Shown: positions 1-12,447, counted from the stretch's first letter. The stretch: DNA of 64,000 bases from Candidatus Binatia bacterium (GCA_022823055.1 JAJDXX010000064.1:34788-98787), one strand, 5' to 3'. The notes: generated by a model not told the origin, from the letters alone. Made by a program: numbers and translations.

Positions 1-6
1 ATTTGA

Positions 7-810
7 TCAGCCGGTGGGAGCCGGCAGCGGGATTCTCACGACGCCCTCGGGCAGTTCCTGGACGAAGTGGGATTCGGGCAGGGTGACGTTCAGCTCGGGC
101 TCGTCGTAACGGATCTCGTAGGAGCGCCGGAGCGGAGGGGTTTCCAGCGTGATCTTCAGCGGGAAGGGACCGGCGGAGGTATCGGCGAAGTCTTCGAAGG
201 TGGCGACGTACCAGGGCTTGCCCGAGGGGCCGAAGCGTTGCCAGCGCACCGGCGCCTGGATTTGCGCATCGAAGGTGAGGACATCGGTGCCGCCGCCCGC
301 CCGCGTGCGCCGCAGCACCGAGCCGTCCGCGCTCCAGGCGGCGCCCGACCGCACCGGCGGAAGACCCATCATCAACGACACCATCTCCTCCAGCTCAAGC
401 AGCAACTCCGTGGCCCTGAAAAGGTTCTGTCGTGAAGTCCGCGCGCGGTAGAAACGCGCTTCGGAAGGGAGGAACCCGGTGACCTCATCGTCGTCGACGG
501 TGAGAATGAGCGCCGCGCCCACCAGGGAGAACGCCTCGAGCCTTAGACGGTGGGGTCTGCGTACCAACACCGCGGCGTTGAACGCGCGTCTCTTCCCGGC
601 CGCGCGGTAGCTGATCCTCGCCAAGCCGCGCAACGATTGAAGCGCCCGGTCCCGTTCCTCGAGAATGGCGCCGAGGGGTCGAACCGCCCTGGGCTCGGAG
701 GCCGCTTCGGGCTTGGGGCCGGCCTGCCTGAGAGCACATCCCGCCAACAGCGCCGCCGCGCACAACACGGCCGCCAATGTGTACGTTCGTATGCTCCGCA
801 ACGCCGTCAA
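7..810 (-). CDS. outer-membrane lipoprotein, LolB/DUF4292-like
   Basis: 267-aa ORF. N-terminus MTALRSIRTYTLAAVLCAAALLAGC is a signal peptide plus lipobox. TTG start overlaps the TGA stop of the upstream TPR gene (TTGA). Family call from overall resemblance only. Confidence 0.6.
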   Translation of the reverse strand: MTALRSIRTYTLAAVLCAAALLAGCALRQAGPKPEAASEPRAVRPLGAILEERDRALQSLRGLARISYRAAGKRRAFNAAVLVRRPHRLRLEAFSLVGAALILTVDDDEVTGFLPSEARFYRARTSRQNLFRATELLLELEEMVSLMMGLPPVRSGAAWSADGSVLRRTRAGGGTDVLTFDAQIQAPVRWQRFGPSGKPWYVATFEDFADTSAGPFPLKITLETPPLRRSYEIRYDEPELNVTLPESHFVQELPEGVVRIPLPAPTG

Positions 811-2528
811 ACTCCCTGCTCCAGCCGGCCGATCTTCCCTCGGATTCGCTCCACTTCCTCGTCCTTGGTGGCCGCCTTCAGCGCATCGCGGTAGCTTCGC
901 AACGCCTTGTCCGTCTCGCCGACCTTGAGATACGCGTCGCCGAGGTGCTCGATGATGATCGGGTCATCCGGCACAAGGCTCACCGCCCTCTCGAGCTGTT
1001 CGATGGCTCTCCGGTAGTCCCCCTTCTGGTAGTACACCCACCCCAGGCTGTCGATGTAGTAGCCGTCGTTGGGAGCGATCTCCAGCGCCCGGACGATCAG
1101 CTCCTCCGCACGGTCGAGCTCCACGCCCAACTCGGCGTAGGTGTAACCCAGATAGTTCAGCGCGGACGCGTTGTCGGGGTTGAGCTCGACGGCCTTCCGC
1201 ATGTATTCGATGGTCTTGTCCTTGTCCTTGCTCTCGTCGTACAGAGCCCCCAACGAGAAGTAGACGCGATCGTTCTCGGGGTCCAGTTCCACCACCTTGT
1301 GCATGACCTCGATGGCGTTCGGGTAGTCCTTGGCCTTGCGGTATATCTCGGCCAGAAAACGCAGCAACTCCTGGCGTCGCCGGTCGTCCTCCTCCATCGC
1401 CTCCCGGATGGCGGCCACCGCCTCGGAGTACCGCTCCTGTCCCTGGTAGACCGACGCGAGCTGGATCTGCGCATCGACGAAGTACTCGCTGTCCCGTGGG
1501 ATGCGCCGGAAGTGCGCCGCGGCGCCTTCCCGGTCTTCCAGCCGGGCCAACGTCAGGCCCAGGAAAAACCGAATACGCTGGTCATCCGGCCGTTCCGCCA
1601 AGGCGAGCCGAAACTCCGTGACCGCGGCCTGCAGGCTGCCCAACTCGTAGTAGACGAGTCCCACCTTCATCCGGGCCGACCCGGGCGAGGCCTCTCGATC
1701 TCCGCGGCGGTCGAACTCGGCCCGTGCCTCGGCGAGGTCCTCGCCGCCGGCGCGCAGGGTTTCGATGCGTTTGCCCGCCCACTCGTCCCGTGAATCGGCT
1801 TTCAGGAGCTTCTCGTAGGTCTTGAGAGCTTGCTCACGGCGACCGCGGAGCTCTTGCACAAGCGCCAGTTCCGCCAGAACGGGCGCGGAGGAAGGGTGCA
1901 GCTTGAGGGCGGCGGCATAACTCTCCTCCGCGAGCGACAGCTCGCCGGAGTTCGCCAGGGTCCGGCCGAGGTAATAGGGGCCCAACGGCGATGAAGGATT
2001 GCGCTTCTTGTAGCGCTCCAGGTGCTCGCGCGCCTGCTCGTGGCCGCCCTGGGCCAGATGGATCGCACCCAGGTAGAGGAGCGACTGCGAATCCTCGGGG
2101 TCCAGCTCCAGCAACTTCCGGTATTCCCGGATCGCTTCGTCCACCCGGCCGGTGGCGCCGTAGAGTCCGGCCAACAGGCGGTGGTTCTCCGGCTCCTGGT
2201 CATTCAGCCGCACCGCGGCTTCCGCCTCGCGCAGGGCGTCGTCGATCTCGCCGAGGACGAGATGCGACCCGGCCAGGCGCGCGCGCACCAAGGCGCTGTC
2301 GGGGTCATGCTCCCGCACTGCCTTGTAGTGCTCGTGCGCCGCCTGGAAGTCGCCGTCAAGCACGTCCATGCGGGCGCGCATGTAGCGATACATGGCCTGA
2401 GCTTCCGCCGGTACGGTGACCTTGACGTCGTCCGCAAAGGGACCCGTGGGTCCTTGCGCGACTTCATCTACGGGAAGACAAGCCGTGACAAACAGGCTGA
2501 ACAGGATTCCCCAGCGGAGTTGCCACAT
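807..2528 (-). CDS. TPR-repeat lipoprotein
   Basis: ORF 807..2645. The likely start is the internal ATG near 2528 (MWQLRWGILFSLFVTAC, signal peptide plus lipobox). The body is continuous TPR-like repeats. Confidence 0.8.
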   Translation of the reverse strand: MWQLRWGILFSLFVTACLPVDEVAQGPTGPFADDVKVTVPAEAQAMYRYMRARMDVLDGDFQAAHEHYKAVREHDPDSALVRARLAGSHLVLGEIDDALREAEAAVRLNDQEPENHRLLAGLYGATGRVDEAIREYRKLLELDPEDSQSLLYLGAIHLAQGGHEQAREHLERYKKRNPSSPLGPYYLGRTLANSGELSLAEESYAAALKLHPSSAPVLAELALVQELRGRREQALKTYEKLLKADSRDEWAGKRIETLRAGGEDLAEARAEFDRRGDREASPGSARMKVGLVYYELGSLQAAVTEFRLALAERPDDQRIRFFLGLTLARLEDREGAAAHFRRIPRDSEYFVDAQIQLASVYQGQERYSEAVAAIREAMEEDDRRRQELLRFLAEIYRKAKDYPNAIEVMHKVVELDPENDRVYFSLGALYDESKDKDKTIEYMRKAVELNPDNASALNYLGYTYAELGVELDRAEELIVRALEIAPNDGYYIDSLGWVYYQKGDYRRAIEQLERAVSLVPDDPIIIEHLGDAYLKVGETDKALRSYRDALKAATKDEEVERIRGKIGRLEQGV

Positions 2529-2746
2529 GGTATTTCTTGAGAATGGACCGGTATCCGCCGGTGCGCATCGAAGCGAGCCCGTGACAAGAAACGTCAGCAG
2601 TTTCACAATGTTACTTGCAACCAGCCCACCGGCGCAGGCGGTCAACCCGGAATTGAGGACTAGCTATCACAGGCGGCGTGACCGGTCAACGCGCTGCACC
2701 CGCGGGCCGGTATTCGGGACGGGCATTACGGCGGCGGGAGGTTTCC

Positions 2747-3739
2747 ATGGAGCGTGACGCGGCGGTTGACTCCATTCGTGACGACAACACCTCCGGCTCC
2801 CAGACCATTGCCCGGCACGCGGCGGCGCTGGCGGTGGAGCGCGTCGACGAAGCTTGCCGGCAGCAAGCCGCGGCGCCCCGCGGCACCGCAGACCACGGCG
2901 AAGTCGCGACGCTGCTGCTGGAGTTGGGAAACGCGCTGATCGATGCCCATCCGGCGATGGCGCCCCTGTACAATCTCTTCGGCGCCTTGCTGGAATGCGT
3001 GCAAGACGGCGACACCGGCAGTGCCGGCACGGCAAGCCGCGACGATATCCCTGGTAGAGTGCGGCGAGCCGCGGCCGCCTTCGTCGAACGCATGGACGAG
3101 CACAACCGGGCCATCGGGCGCCGCTTCGGCGCGATCGTCGATCCGGGTACCGCGATCTTCACCCATTCAGCGGCCTCCACCGTCCGCGCCGCCTTGCTGA
3201 GTTGCCGGGATGCGGGACGCCGCTTCTCGGTCCACTGCACCGAGTCGCGCCCCGTGGGCGAAGGCAGCGCCCTGGCGCGGGAGTTGGCCCGGCACGGCAT
3301 CGCGGCGACCCTTTCCACCGACAGCCTCGCGTTCGCGCTGGTGCGGCGGAGCGAACGCGCCATGCTGGTGGTCGGGGCGGACGCCGTCACTCCCCACGGC
3401 GTCGTGAACAAGGCCGGCACCCTCGGGCTGGCAACGGCGGCCGGGAGTTGGGGCGTCCCGTTCTACGTTCTGGCGGGGAGCGAGAAGTTCCTGCCGTCCG
3501 CGTCTCCGGACGGTCACCTGCGGGAACGGCCGCCCGAGGAGGTCCTGGCCGAGATCCCCGAGGGACTTCGGGTGGTCAACTACTACTTCGACCTCACGCC
3601 TCTGGATTACGTCACCGCGATCATCACCGAGGAGGGACGGCTGACGGCGGAGGGAGTCATTCGCAGGCTCGCGAAGTGCCGTGTCCATCCCGGCCTGACG
3701 GAGGGGAATTCGAACCTTGCGCCTCCGCCTTCTTGTTGA
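2747..3739 (+). CDS. eIF-2B alpha/beta/delta-like family protein (MtnA / ribose-1,5-bisphosphate isomerase relatives)
   Basis: ORF 2678..3739. ATG at 2747 is preceded by GGGAGG. Motifs DNTSGSQTIARHAA and VVGADAVTPHGVVNKAGT...FYVLAGSEKF are typical of the IF-2B family. Confidence 0.75.
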   Translation: MERDAAVDSIRDDNTSGSQTIARHAAALAVERVDEACRQQAAAPRGTADHGEVATLLLELGNALIDAHPAMAPLYNLFGALLECVQDGDTGSAGTASRDDIPGRVRRAAAAFVERMDEHNRAIGRRFGAIVDPGTAIFTHSAASTVRAALLSCRDAGRRFSVHCTESRPVGEGSALARELARHGIAATLSTDSLAFALVRRSERAMLVVGADAVTPHGVVNKAGTLGLATAAGSWGVPFYVLAGSEKFLPSASPDGHLRERPPEEVLAEIPEGLRVVNYYFDLTPLDYVTAIITEEGRLTAEGVIRRLAKCRVHPGLTEGNSNLAPPPSC

Positions 3740-3773
3740 CATACAAAAAACAGGAGTTCGTGGCGTGCATTGA

Positions 3774-5804
<2,031 letters not shown>

Positions 5805-5978
5805 GCTTGGTGGATGTCCGGACGGGGGAGTGGTAGCCGGACGGGATCGGGGGCGGGAATGACTCATTGGGGTGTAGCGGGATTCCATAACTACCTTAAA
5901 TCATTGAATAATTGTTTATTTTCATATCAATGACGATTAGAGGGGTCTCTGCCTCGACCCCTCCGGGCGGACGGAAAC

Positions 5979-6809
5979 ATGCTTTACGTGGTGGCGACGC
6001 CGATCGGGAACCTCGAGGACATTACGTTGCGGGCGTTGCGGGTGTTGCGGGAGGTGGACTTGATCGCGGCGGAGGATACGCGGCATACGCGCAAGCTGCT
6101 GAGCCGTTACGAGATCGGGACGCCGGTCACGAGCTACCACGAGGGGAACGAGAGGACCAAGGCGGGGGTGCTGACGCGGCGGCTGGAGGCGGGCGAGGAC
6201 ATCGCCCTGGTGTCGGACGCGGGGACCCCTACCATTTCGGATCCAGGCTATCACCTGATACGGGCGGCGGCGGAACTGGGGGTGGCGGTGACGCCGGTGC
6301 CGGGGGTGTCGGCGGCCACGGCGGCTTTGAGCGTTTGCGGACTGGCGACGGACCGGTTCGTGTTCCAGGGGTTCCTGCCGGCCCGTCAGGGCCGGAGGCG
6401 GGAAGTGCTACGGGAGCTTGGGGACGATGACCGTACCTTGGTGCTCTATGAGGCGCCGCACCGGATACGGGAGGCGTTGCGCGACATGCACGATGTCTTG
6501 GGCGACCGGGAGGCCGTGGTGGGCCGGGAACTCACCAAGGTGCACGAGGAGCTGTCGCGTGGGACGCTGTCGGAGCTTGCGGAGAGATTCGATGAGGAGG
6601 GCGCCAAGGGGGAGTTCGTCGTCGTGATCGCGGGGCGGGGCGAGCGGCCGCCGGTGAGCGAGGAAGTGTTGCGGGCGGAGATCGGCCGGTTGCTGGAAGC
6701 GGGAGGGACGGCCAACGAGGTGGCGAAGCTCGTCGCCCGGACTTTCTCGCTGGCCAAACGCGACGTGTACAAGCGGGTTCTGGAGGTCGCCAAGCGGTCC
6801 CCTCAGTAG
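5979..6809 (+). CDS. rsmI: 16S rRNA (cytidine1402-2'-O)-methyltransferase
   Basis: 276 aa. [23 protein letters not shown]...[11 protein letters not shown] is the typical RsmI N-terminus. Confidence 0.9.
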   Translation: MLYVVATPIGNLEDITLRALRVLREVDLIAAEDTRHTRKLLSRYEIGTPVTSYHEGNERTKAGVLTRRLEAGEDIALVSDAGTPTISDPGYHLIRAAAELGVAVTPVPGVSAATAALSVCGLATDRFVFQGFLPARQGRRREVLRELGDDDRTLVLYEAPHRIREALRDMHDVLGDREAVVGRELTKVHEELSRGTLSELAERFDEEGAKGEFVVVIAGRGERPPVSEEVLRAEIGRLLEAGGTANEVAKLVARTFSLAKRDVYKRVLEVAKRSPQ

Positions 6810-8032
6810 TACTTGGTCTCCAGGTCCACGTCCCCCCAATTCTCCGCTCCCATCATCATCGCCCAGCGGGCGTAGAATCGGCGCAAGCGCTTGCCGCCGC
6901 CGAAGGCGCCGGACTTTTCCTCGTGGCCGAGGTGGGCCTGGATGTTCTGGGGGTAGCGGCGGGCGATGACGCCGCGGGCGGTGCCGGTGCACTGCTCCCA
7001 GTTGTTCATGTCGTCCTGCTCGAGGTTGCCGCTGGGGCCGAAGGTCTGGGTGAGGTGGCGGCGCATGGCGGTCTTGATCTCGGCGGGGGCTTCCTTGTCG
7101 ACGACGCAGTAGGACCAGATCTCGGTCTTCTCGGGGCCGCGGGGGTGCCACACGCGGATCATGTGGCGGATGAAGTTGGGGGAGACGTTGGGGAAGACGG
7201 TGGTGACGAGACCGGCCTGCCGGGCGAGGTCGGGGCCGATGCGCTGCACGGCTTCGTCGAAGTGGTCGAGGAGGTAGTCGCGGATGATGCCCCCGGCGAC
7301 CCGTGTGAAGCCGATGTCGTCGGAATAGGGGCGGGGCTCTTCGTTGGTGCGCGGGTAGGACAACTCGTCCACGGGCACCTCACGCACGGACACGTGGGTG
7401 ACGGTGTGGTGGCCGTCGTCGCCGAAGAAGTTGTCGGCGGCGTACTTCCAGTTGGCGTGCATCACCCACTTGTGCACGCCGCCGATGATCTCGGTGCCGC
7501 CGGCGCGGCGGTCGAACATGACGCCCAGCTCCTGCTCCTGGCCGCCGAGGTAGTCCAGCAACGGCGGCGCCTTGGCGTCGAAGGTGGCGAAGATGAGACC
7601 CTTGTGGACGTCGAGCTGGGCGACTTCCACGAGCCCCCACTGCTTCATGTCCAGCTCGTTGCTGTAGATCTCCTTCATGCCGGGCACGCCGATGAGCTTG
7701 CCGTCGTTGCCGTAGCACCAGCCGTGGTAGGTGCACATGAAGGAGGTGGCGTTGCCCTGGTCGGCGCGGCACACGCGGTTGCCGCGGTGGCGGCACACGT
7801 TGAGGAACGCCCGGATGACGCCGTCGGCGCCGTGGCACAGCAGCACGGGGTCCTCCCCCATGTAGGTGGCGAGGAAGTCGTTGGGGTTGGGGATCTGGCT
7901 CTCGTGGCCGAGGAACAGCCAGCAGCGCGCGAAGATGCGTTCCAGCTCCTGCTGATAGATGTCCTGGGAAACGAAGATGCGGCGGTCGAGCAAGCCTTGT
8001 CGGGTATCCACGAGATCGTTCATCTGGCTCAT
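6803..8032 (-). CDS. Rieske aromatic-ring-hydroxylating oxygenase alpha subunit, copy 1
   Basis: 409 aa. Rieske motif CRHRGNRVC...CTYHGWCY. Catalytic-domain His pair in [20 protein letters not shown]. Confidence 0.9.
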   Translation of the reverse strand: MSQMNDLVDTRQGLLDRRIFVSQDIYQQELERIFARCWLFLGHESQIPNPNDFLATYMGEDPVLLCHGADGVIRAFLNVCRHRGNRVCRADQGNATSFMCTYHGWCYGNDGKLIGVPGMKEIYSNELDMKQWGLVEVAQLDVHKGLIFATFDAKAPPLLDYLGGQEQELGVMFDRRAGGTEIIGGVHKWVMHANWKYAADNFFGDDGHHTVTHVSVREVPVDELSYPRTNEEPRPYSDDIGFTRVAGGIIRDYLLDHFDEAVQRIGPDLARQAGLVTTVFPNVSPNFIRHMIRVWHPRGPEKTEIWSYCVVDKEAPAEIKTAMRRHLTQTFGPSGNLEQDDMNNWEQCTGTARGVIARRYPQNIQAHLGHEEKSGAFGGGKRLRRFYARWAMMMGAENWGDVDLETKYY

Positions 8033-8042
8033 CCCGCTCTCC

Positions 8043-8555
8043 CTAGAAGAAGATGCTCAGGTTCGGTGACTGCAGCACGGCCTGGTCGAGCACGATGGTG
8101 CGCCGGGCGATCTTCCATTCGTCGCCGACCTTTCGGAGCACGTCGTCGCGCTCGCCCACGAACACGTCCTGGCTGTGCTCTAGCTGGGTCCGGTACACCA
8201 TGAAATACGAACGCACCCGCAGCTCGGATTCGGTCTCGCCGGATTCCACCTGCACGTTGGTGACAAGGTGGCGCGTGCGCGACGGCGGTACTTCGGACCA
8301 CGCCATGCCGGTGGCGAGGCGGGCCACGCGGGTGCGCAGGGTCTCCTTGCTCTCCTCGAACAGCGCCAGCTCGCCGGGCTTGGAGACGGTGTCAGCCGGA
8401 TCGTCGCTCTCCCAGGGGTTGGTCCGTTCCGGCATCCAGTAGACGATGTCGTCGGTGAAGAGTTCCAGCCATTCCTCGAACGCGCGGTCGTCCAGCAGGC
8501 GCGCCTCGCGCACGAGGAAGTCGTTGATCTCATGCCAAAGATCGTGATCGGTCAC
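8043..8555 (-). CDS. ring-hydroxylating oxygenase beta (small) subunit, NTF2/SnoaL-like
   Basis: 170 aa. N-terminus [33 protein letters not shown] is typical of the small subunits. It lies between two alpha genes. Confidence 0.85.
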   Translation of the reverse strand: MTDHDLWHEINDFLVREARLLDDRAFEEWLELFTDDIVYWMPERTNPWESDDPADTVSKPGELALFEESKETLRTRVARLATGMAWSEVPPSRTRHLVTNVQVESGETESELRVRSYFMVYRTQLEHSQDVFVGERDDVLRKVGDEWKIARRTIVLDQAVLQSPNLSIFF

Positions 8556-8597
8556 GTTGCCTCCGCCTCGTCGGGTTGCGTGTTGCTTGCGGGGTCG

Positions 8598-9830
8598 TTA
8601 CCAGTACCGGGACTCCAGGTCGACGTCGGCCCAGTTCCCGGCCTTCATCATCATCTCCCAGCGGGCGTAGAACGCGCGCAGCCGCCGGCCGCCGCCGATG
8701 GGCGGACAGCGGTCCTCGTGTCCGAGATGGGCCTGGATGTTCTGCGGGTAGCGCCGGGCCACGACGCCGCGGGCGGTGTCGGTGCACTGGATCCAGTTGT
8801 TCATGTCGTCCTGTTCCAGGTTCCCGGAAGGGCCGAAGGTCTGGGTCAAGTGCAGGCGCATGGCGGTCTTGACCTCGTCGGGCGCGTCCTTGTCCACCAC
8901 ACAGTAGGACCAGATCTCGGTCTTGTCCGGCCCCTTGGGGTGCCAAACCCGGATCAGGTGCCGGCTGAAGTTGGGCGACACGTTGGGGAAGACGGTGGTG
9001 ACCAGCCCGGGCCGTTCGGCCATGTCGGGGCCGACGCGCCGCACCAGCTCATCGAAGTGATCCTGGTGGTAGTCGCGGATGAGGCCCTCGGCGACCCGCG
9101 AGAGCGCGCGGTCCGTGTCGGGTCGCGCATCGTCGTTGGTCTGCGGGTAATAGCGTTTGTCCACCGGCACCCGGCGCACCGACGCATGGGTCACGGTGTG
9201 GTGTCCGTCGTCGCCGAAGAAGTTGTCCGCCGCGTACTTCCAGTTGGCGTTCATGACCCATTTGTGCACGCCGCCGATGATCTCGGTGCCGCCGGCGCGG
9301 CGGTCGAACATGAAGTTCAACTCCTGGTCCTGGCCGCCGAGGTAGTCCAGCAGCGGCGGCGCCTCCGGATCGAAGGTGGCGAAGACAAGCCCCTTGTGGA
9401 CGTCGAGCTGGGCCACTTCCACGAGGCCCCACCGGGACATGTCCAGCTCGTTGCTGTAGATCTCCTTCATGCCCGGCACGCCGATGAGCTTGCCGTCGTT
9501 GCCGTAGCACCAGCCATGGTAGGTGCACATGAACGACGTGGCGTTGCCCCGGTCGGCGCGGCACACCCGGTTGCCCCGGTGGCGGCACATGTTGAGGAAC
9601 GCGCGGATGGTGCCGTCCCCGCCCCGGCACAGCAGCACCGGGTCCTCGCCCATGTAGGTGGCGAGGAAGTCGTTGGGGTTGGGAATCTGGGTCTCATGGC
9701 CCAGGAACAGCCAGCAGCGCGCGAAGATTCGTTCCAGCTCCTGCTCGTAGATTTCCTGGGAGAAGAAAACCTGGCGGTCCAGCAGGCCCTGTCGGGTGTC
9801 CACGAATTCGTTCATGCGATTCATTTCCAT
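8598..9830 (-). CDS. Rieske aromatic-ring-hydroxylating oxygenase alpha subunit, copy 2
   Basis: 410 aa. By eye roughly four-fifths identical to copy 1 and carries the same Rieske and His motifs. The start could be one of the Met codons at 9830, 9824 or 9815. Confidence 0.9.
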   Translation of the reverse strand: MEMNRMNEFVDTRQGLLDRQVFFSQEIYEQELERIFARCWLFLGHETQIPNPNDFLATYMGEDPVLLCRGGDGTIRAFLNMCRHRGNRVCRADRGNATSFMCTYHGWCYGNDGKLIGVPGMKEIYSNELDMSRWGLVEVAQLDVHKGLVFATFDPEAPPLLDYLGGQDQELNFMFDRRAGGTEIIGGVHKWVMNANWKYAADNFFGDDGHHTVTHASVRRVPVDKRYYPQTNDDARPDTDRALSRVAEGLIRDYHQDHFDELVRRVGPDMAERPGLVTTVFPNVSPNFSRHLIRVWHPKGPDKTEIWSYCVVDKDAPDEVKTAMRLHLTQTFGPSGNLEQDDMNNWIQCTDTARGVVARRYPQNIQAHLGHEDRCPPIGGGRRLRAFYARWEMMMKAGNWADVDLESRYW

Positions 9831-9904
9831 GGCTTGTGCTCCCCTGCGCTCTCGGCGGTCCTATCGAAGACGGCTCCACGTTTCCCACACGAACCTGGAC
9901 CCGG

Positions 9905-10294
9905 TCAAACGGTTTCCAGGTCCAGGTGCTTCTCGATGGGATCGAAATCCCTATCGCGATGAAGCAGCCTGTGGCCGTTCTCCATGCAGAAAGTCCCGAT
10001 AAGCATGTCGATGGTCTTGCGCACGGTGACGCCCTTGGCGCGAAGCGCGCGGTAGTTGCCGGCGGCCTTGAGAGCGATATCCCGACCCACCATGGGCTCG
10101 AATACCAGGGTGTCCAGTGCCGCTCGCGCCTTGCGAACGTCCTGTTCGGAACGAAAGCCCTGCAAGACCTCGGCGAGGATGAGGTCGCCGATGACGATCA
10201 GTTCCTCTCCGAGGAAGTCGTCGAGCAGCGCGGTTTCTCGCGTCTCCACGCCGTTGAAGTAGTCGATCCAGACCGAGGAGTCGACGACAATCAT
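9905..10294 (-). CDS. vapC: PIN-domain toxin VapC
   Basis: 129 aa. MIVVDSSVWIDYF... with the acidic PIN residues and C-terminal LLHRDRDFD. Its start overlaps the vapB stop by 4 nt. Confidence 0.9.
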   Translation of the reverse strand: MIVVDSSVWIDYFNGVETRETALLDDFLGEELIVIGDLILAEVLQGFRSEQDVRKARAALDTLVFEPMVGRDIALKAAGNYRALRAKGVTVRKTIDMLIGTFCMENGHRLLHRDRDFDPIEKHLDLETV

Positions 10295-10485
10295 CGGTCC
10301 CGCCGCATGTGGTCAAGCGAACCCTCCCAGCGCAGCTTTCCGCGCAGCCGCCGGATACGGCCCTGTGCCCGGGTCTGCACCAGCAGGCGCAAGCCCTCCT
10401 CCACGGTGGCCTTCTTGGTCTTGTATCCGCCCGCCTTCAACGCCCTCGTCATCAAATCTTCGTCGATCTCGATATTGGTGCGCAT
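10291..10485 (-). CDS. vapB: VapB-type antitoxin
   Basis: The last 64 codons of ORF 10291..10767 begin MRTNIEIDEDLMTRALK. GGGAGA RBS lies upstream. 4-nt overlap with vapC. Confidence 0.85.
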   Translation of the reverse strand: MRTNIEIDEDLMTRALKAGGYKTKKATVEEGLRLLVQTRAQGRIRRLRGKLRWEGSLDHMRRDR

Positions 10486-10498
10486 CCCGATCTCCCGA

Positions 10499-10527
10499 AT
10501 GTGTATACTTGCAGAAATCATACACAT
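10499..10527. promoter_or_regulatory. inverted repeat ATGTGTAT-N13-ATACACAT upstream of vapB (candidate operator)
   Basis: Perfect 8-bp arms lie 14 nt upstream of the vapB start codon. Confidence 0.5.
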
Positions 10528-10690
10528 CGACACCCACCTCCGCAAGAGAAGATTCAGACACGTCTCCCTGACCGGGCAACCTTGGGTCCATTGGTCAGCT
10601 TGACACCGTTCTTTTCTGCGACATAGTTTCTGAGGCCGGTCATGGTTGCTCCCAAGGCTGCAAGACACCGATGAAAGGCATTGGAAGACG

Positions 10691-11905
10691 ATGAACCCCG
10701 ACCACCCTCCCCTCTCCGGAGTCCGCGTCCTCGACTTCGGCCACGTGCTCGCGGCGCCGTTCTGCACGCGGCTGTTGGCGGATCTCGGCGCGGACGTGGT
10801 GCGGGTGGAGAGCAGCAGACACCCGGACTTCCCGTGGCCGTCGTCCTACCGGCATCCGGACGGGCGCCACGCATCCTATCTCAACACCAACCGCAACAAG
10901 CGCTCGGTGTCCATCGACCTGAAGCACCCGGCGGGGCGCGATGTCGCCCGGCGCCTCGCGGTGGCCGCGGACGTGGTAGTGGAGAACTTCAGCGCGGGGG
11001 TCATGGAGCGGCTGGGCTTGGAGTACGCGTCGCTCAAGGCCGCCAACCCCGGGCTGGTGTTCGCCAGCATGTCGGGCTACGGCCACAGTGGTCCACGGCG
11101 CGACTGGACCAGCATGAACATGAACCTCCAGGGCGCGGCCGGCCTCATGCAGGTCACCGGCGCCGAGGGGGACCCGCCGACGGCCATCTCGAACTCCTGG
11201 AACGACTATATCGGCGGACTCCACACCTGCTACGCCATCATCGGCGCGCTGACCGAGCGTAAAGCGACCGGCGCGGGCATCCACCTGGACATGGGCCAGT
11301 TCGAGTGCAGCGTCTCGATGATCGCGCCGCTCGTCTTGTTCAGCGCGGTGAACGGGCGGAACCCGGAGAGGATGGGGAACCGATCGACTCGCTTCGCGCC
11401 CCAAGGCGTCTACCGGTGCGCGGGACAGGACGAATGGTGTGCGGTGAGCGTCCACGACGACGCGCAGTGGCGGGCGCTGGCCGAGGCCGTGGATGAGGGA
11501 GTCCCGGACCCCGGCCTTGCGGGCGACCCCCGCTTCGCCACCCGGTCGGGACGGATGCGCGGTCACGACGAGATCGACCAGCGCATCGAGGCGTGGACCC
11601 GCGCGCTGGAGAGCGCGGACGTGGAGACACGGCTGAAGCGGGCCGGCGTCCCCGCGGCGCGCATGCGGCGGGTGCAGGACCTGGTGGAGAACAGCGCGCC
11701 GTCCCGAGCCTACAGGGAAATGGACGAACCGAGGGTGGGATCGATGCTGACGACGGCCCTGCCCCTCGAATTGTCGGCAAGCCCCCTGCCGCCGGCAACG
11801 CCGGCGCCGTGCCTGGGACAACACACTCAAGAGGTGCTGCGCGAGTGGCTGGACCTCCCGGCGAACGAGTTGTCGGAACTGGCCGCCACGGGAGCGTTGA
11901 TATAG
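10691..11905 (+). CDS. family III CoA-transferase (CaiB/BaiF/Frc type)
   Basis: ATG at 10691 (MNPDHPPLSGVRVLDFGHVLAAPFCTRLLADLGADVVRVE), the canonical family III N-terminus. Confidence 0.9.
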   Translation: MNPDHPPLSGVRVLDFGHVLAAPFCTRLLADLGADVVRVESSRHPDFPWPSSYRHPDGRHASYLNTNRNKRSVSIDLKHPAGRDVARRLAVAADVVVENFSAGVMERLGLEYASLKAANPGLVFASMSGYGHSGPRRDWTSMNMNLQGAAGLMQVTGAEGDPPTAISNSWNDYIGGLHTCYAIIGALTERKATGAGIHLDMGQFECSVSMIAPLVLFSAVNGRNPERMGNRSTRFAPQGVYRCAGQDEWCAVSVHDDAQWRALAEAVDEGVPDPGLAGDPRFATRSGRMRGHDEIDQRIEAWTRALESADVETRLKRAGVPAARMRRVQDLVENSAPSRAYREMDEPRVGSMLTTALPLELSASPLPPATPAPCLGQHTQEVLREWLDLPANELSELAATGALI

Positions 11906-12447
11906 TGAGCGAAACCGCCGAAACGATCATCTCCGAGGAATTGCGCCGTTGCGTTGGCCGGACGAGCCCGGTACGCGCGCTGGAGACGTTGAGTGCGTCG
12001 GACCTCCGCCGTTACGTGGATGCCACCGGCGACGCGAACCCGCTGTGGCTCGACGACGACTTCGCCCGATCGACCGGCTACAAGGGGCGCCTGCTACCCC
12101 CCATCCTGGTGGGCTGGACGCCTTTCAGCATCAAGGAGCCGGAAGGGGAGGCGTCCTCGTTCGACGTGAGACGGCAGCTCCCCGTGCCGGCAGGTTACAC
12201 CAACGTGCGCAACGCGGGCAGCGAGACCGAGTGGTTGAGGCCCGTGCACCTTGGCGAAGCCCTGACCTGCCAGAGCCGTATCGTCGATATCACGGCGAGG
12301 GAGGGAAAGATGGGCGTGGGAATTTACGTCGCGCAGTTGGAGGAGGTGCGCAACGGAGAGGGCGAACTCGTGTTCACACGGCGCCATACCGTGGCGCTGT
12401 TTCCGGAACGGAAGGTGGAGGAAAAGGGCTCGGGACGGCCGGGTTGA
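11905..12447 (+). CDS. MaoC-like hot-dog hydratase subunit (N-terminal type)
   Basis: GTG at 11905 overlaps the upstream TAG by 1 nt. VSETAETIISEELRRCVG...DATGDANPLWLDDDFARSTGYKG is typical of the MaoC_dehydrat_N type. Confidence 0.75.
   Translation: MSETAETIISEELRRCVGRTSPVRALETLSASDLRRYVDATGDANPLWLDDDFARSTGYKGRLLPPILVGWTPFSIKEPEGEASSFDVRRQLPVPAGYTNVRNAGSETEWLRPVHLGEALTCQSRIVDITAREGKMGVGIYVAQLEEVRNGEGELVFTRRHTVALFPERKVEEKGSGRPG

Noticed and set aside
6923-9962. Two long plus-strand ORFs (6923..8203 and 8268..9962) opposite the Rieske cluster
   Set aside because: They are mirror images of the duplicated alpha genes, which is why the two ORFs also look alike. Val/Gly/Ala/His-rich with no domains.
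10646-10690. N-terminal extensions offered by the ORF track. The affected ORFs start at 10646, 11593, 11949, 13097, 21959, 23510, 30637, 34754, 40902, 44985, 55103 and 56877.
   Set aside because: In each case an internal start with an RBS or stop-start coupling gives the normal family N-terminus. The extension overlaps the upstream gene or reads through intergenic hairpins.
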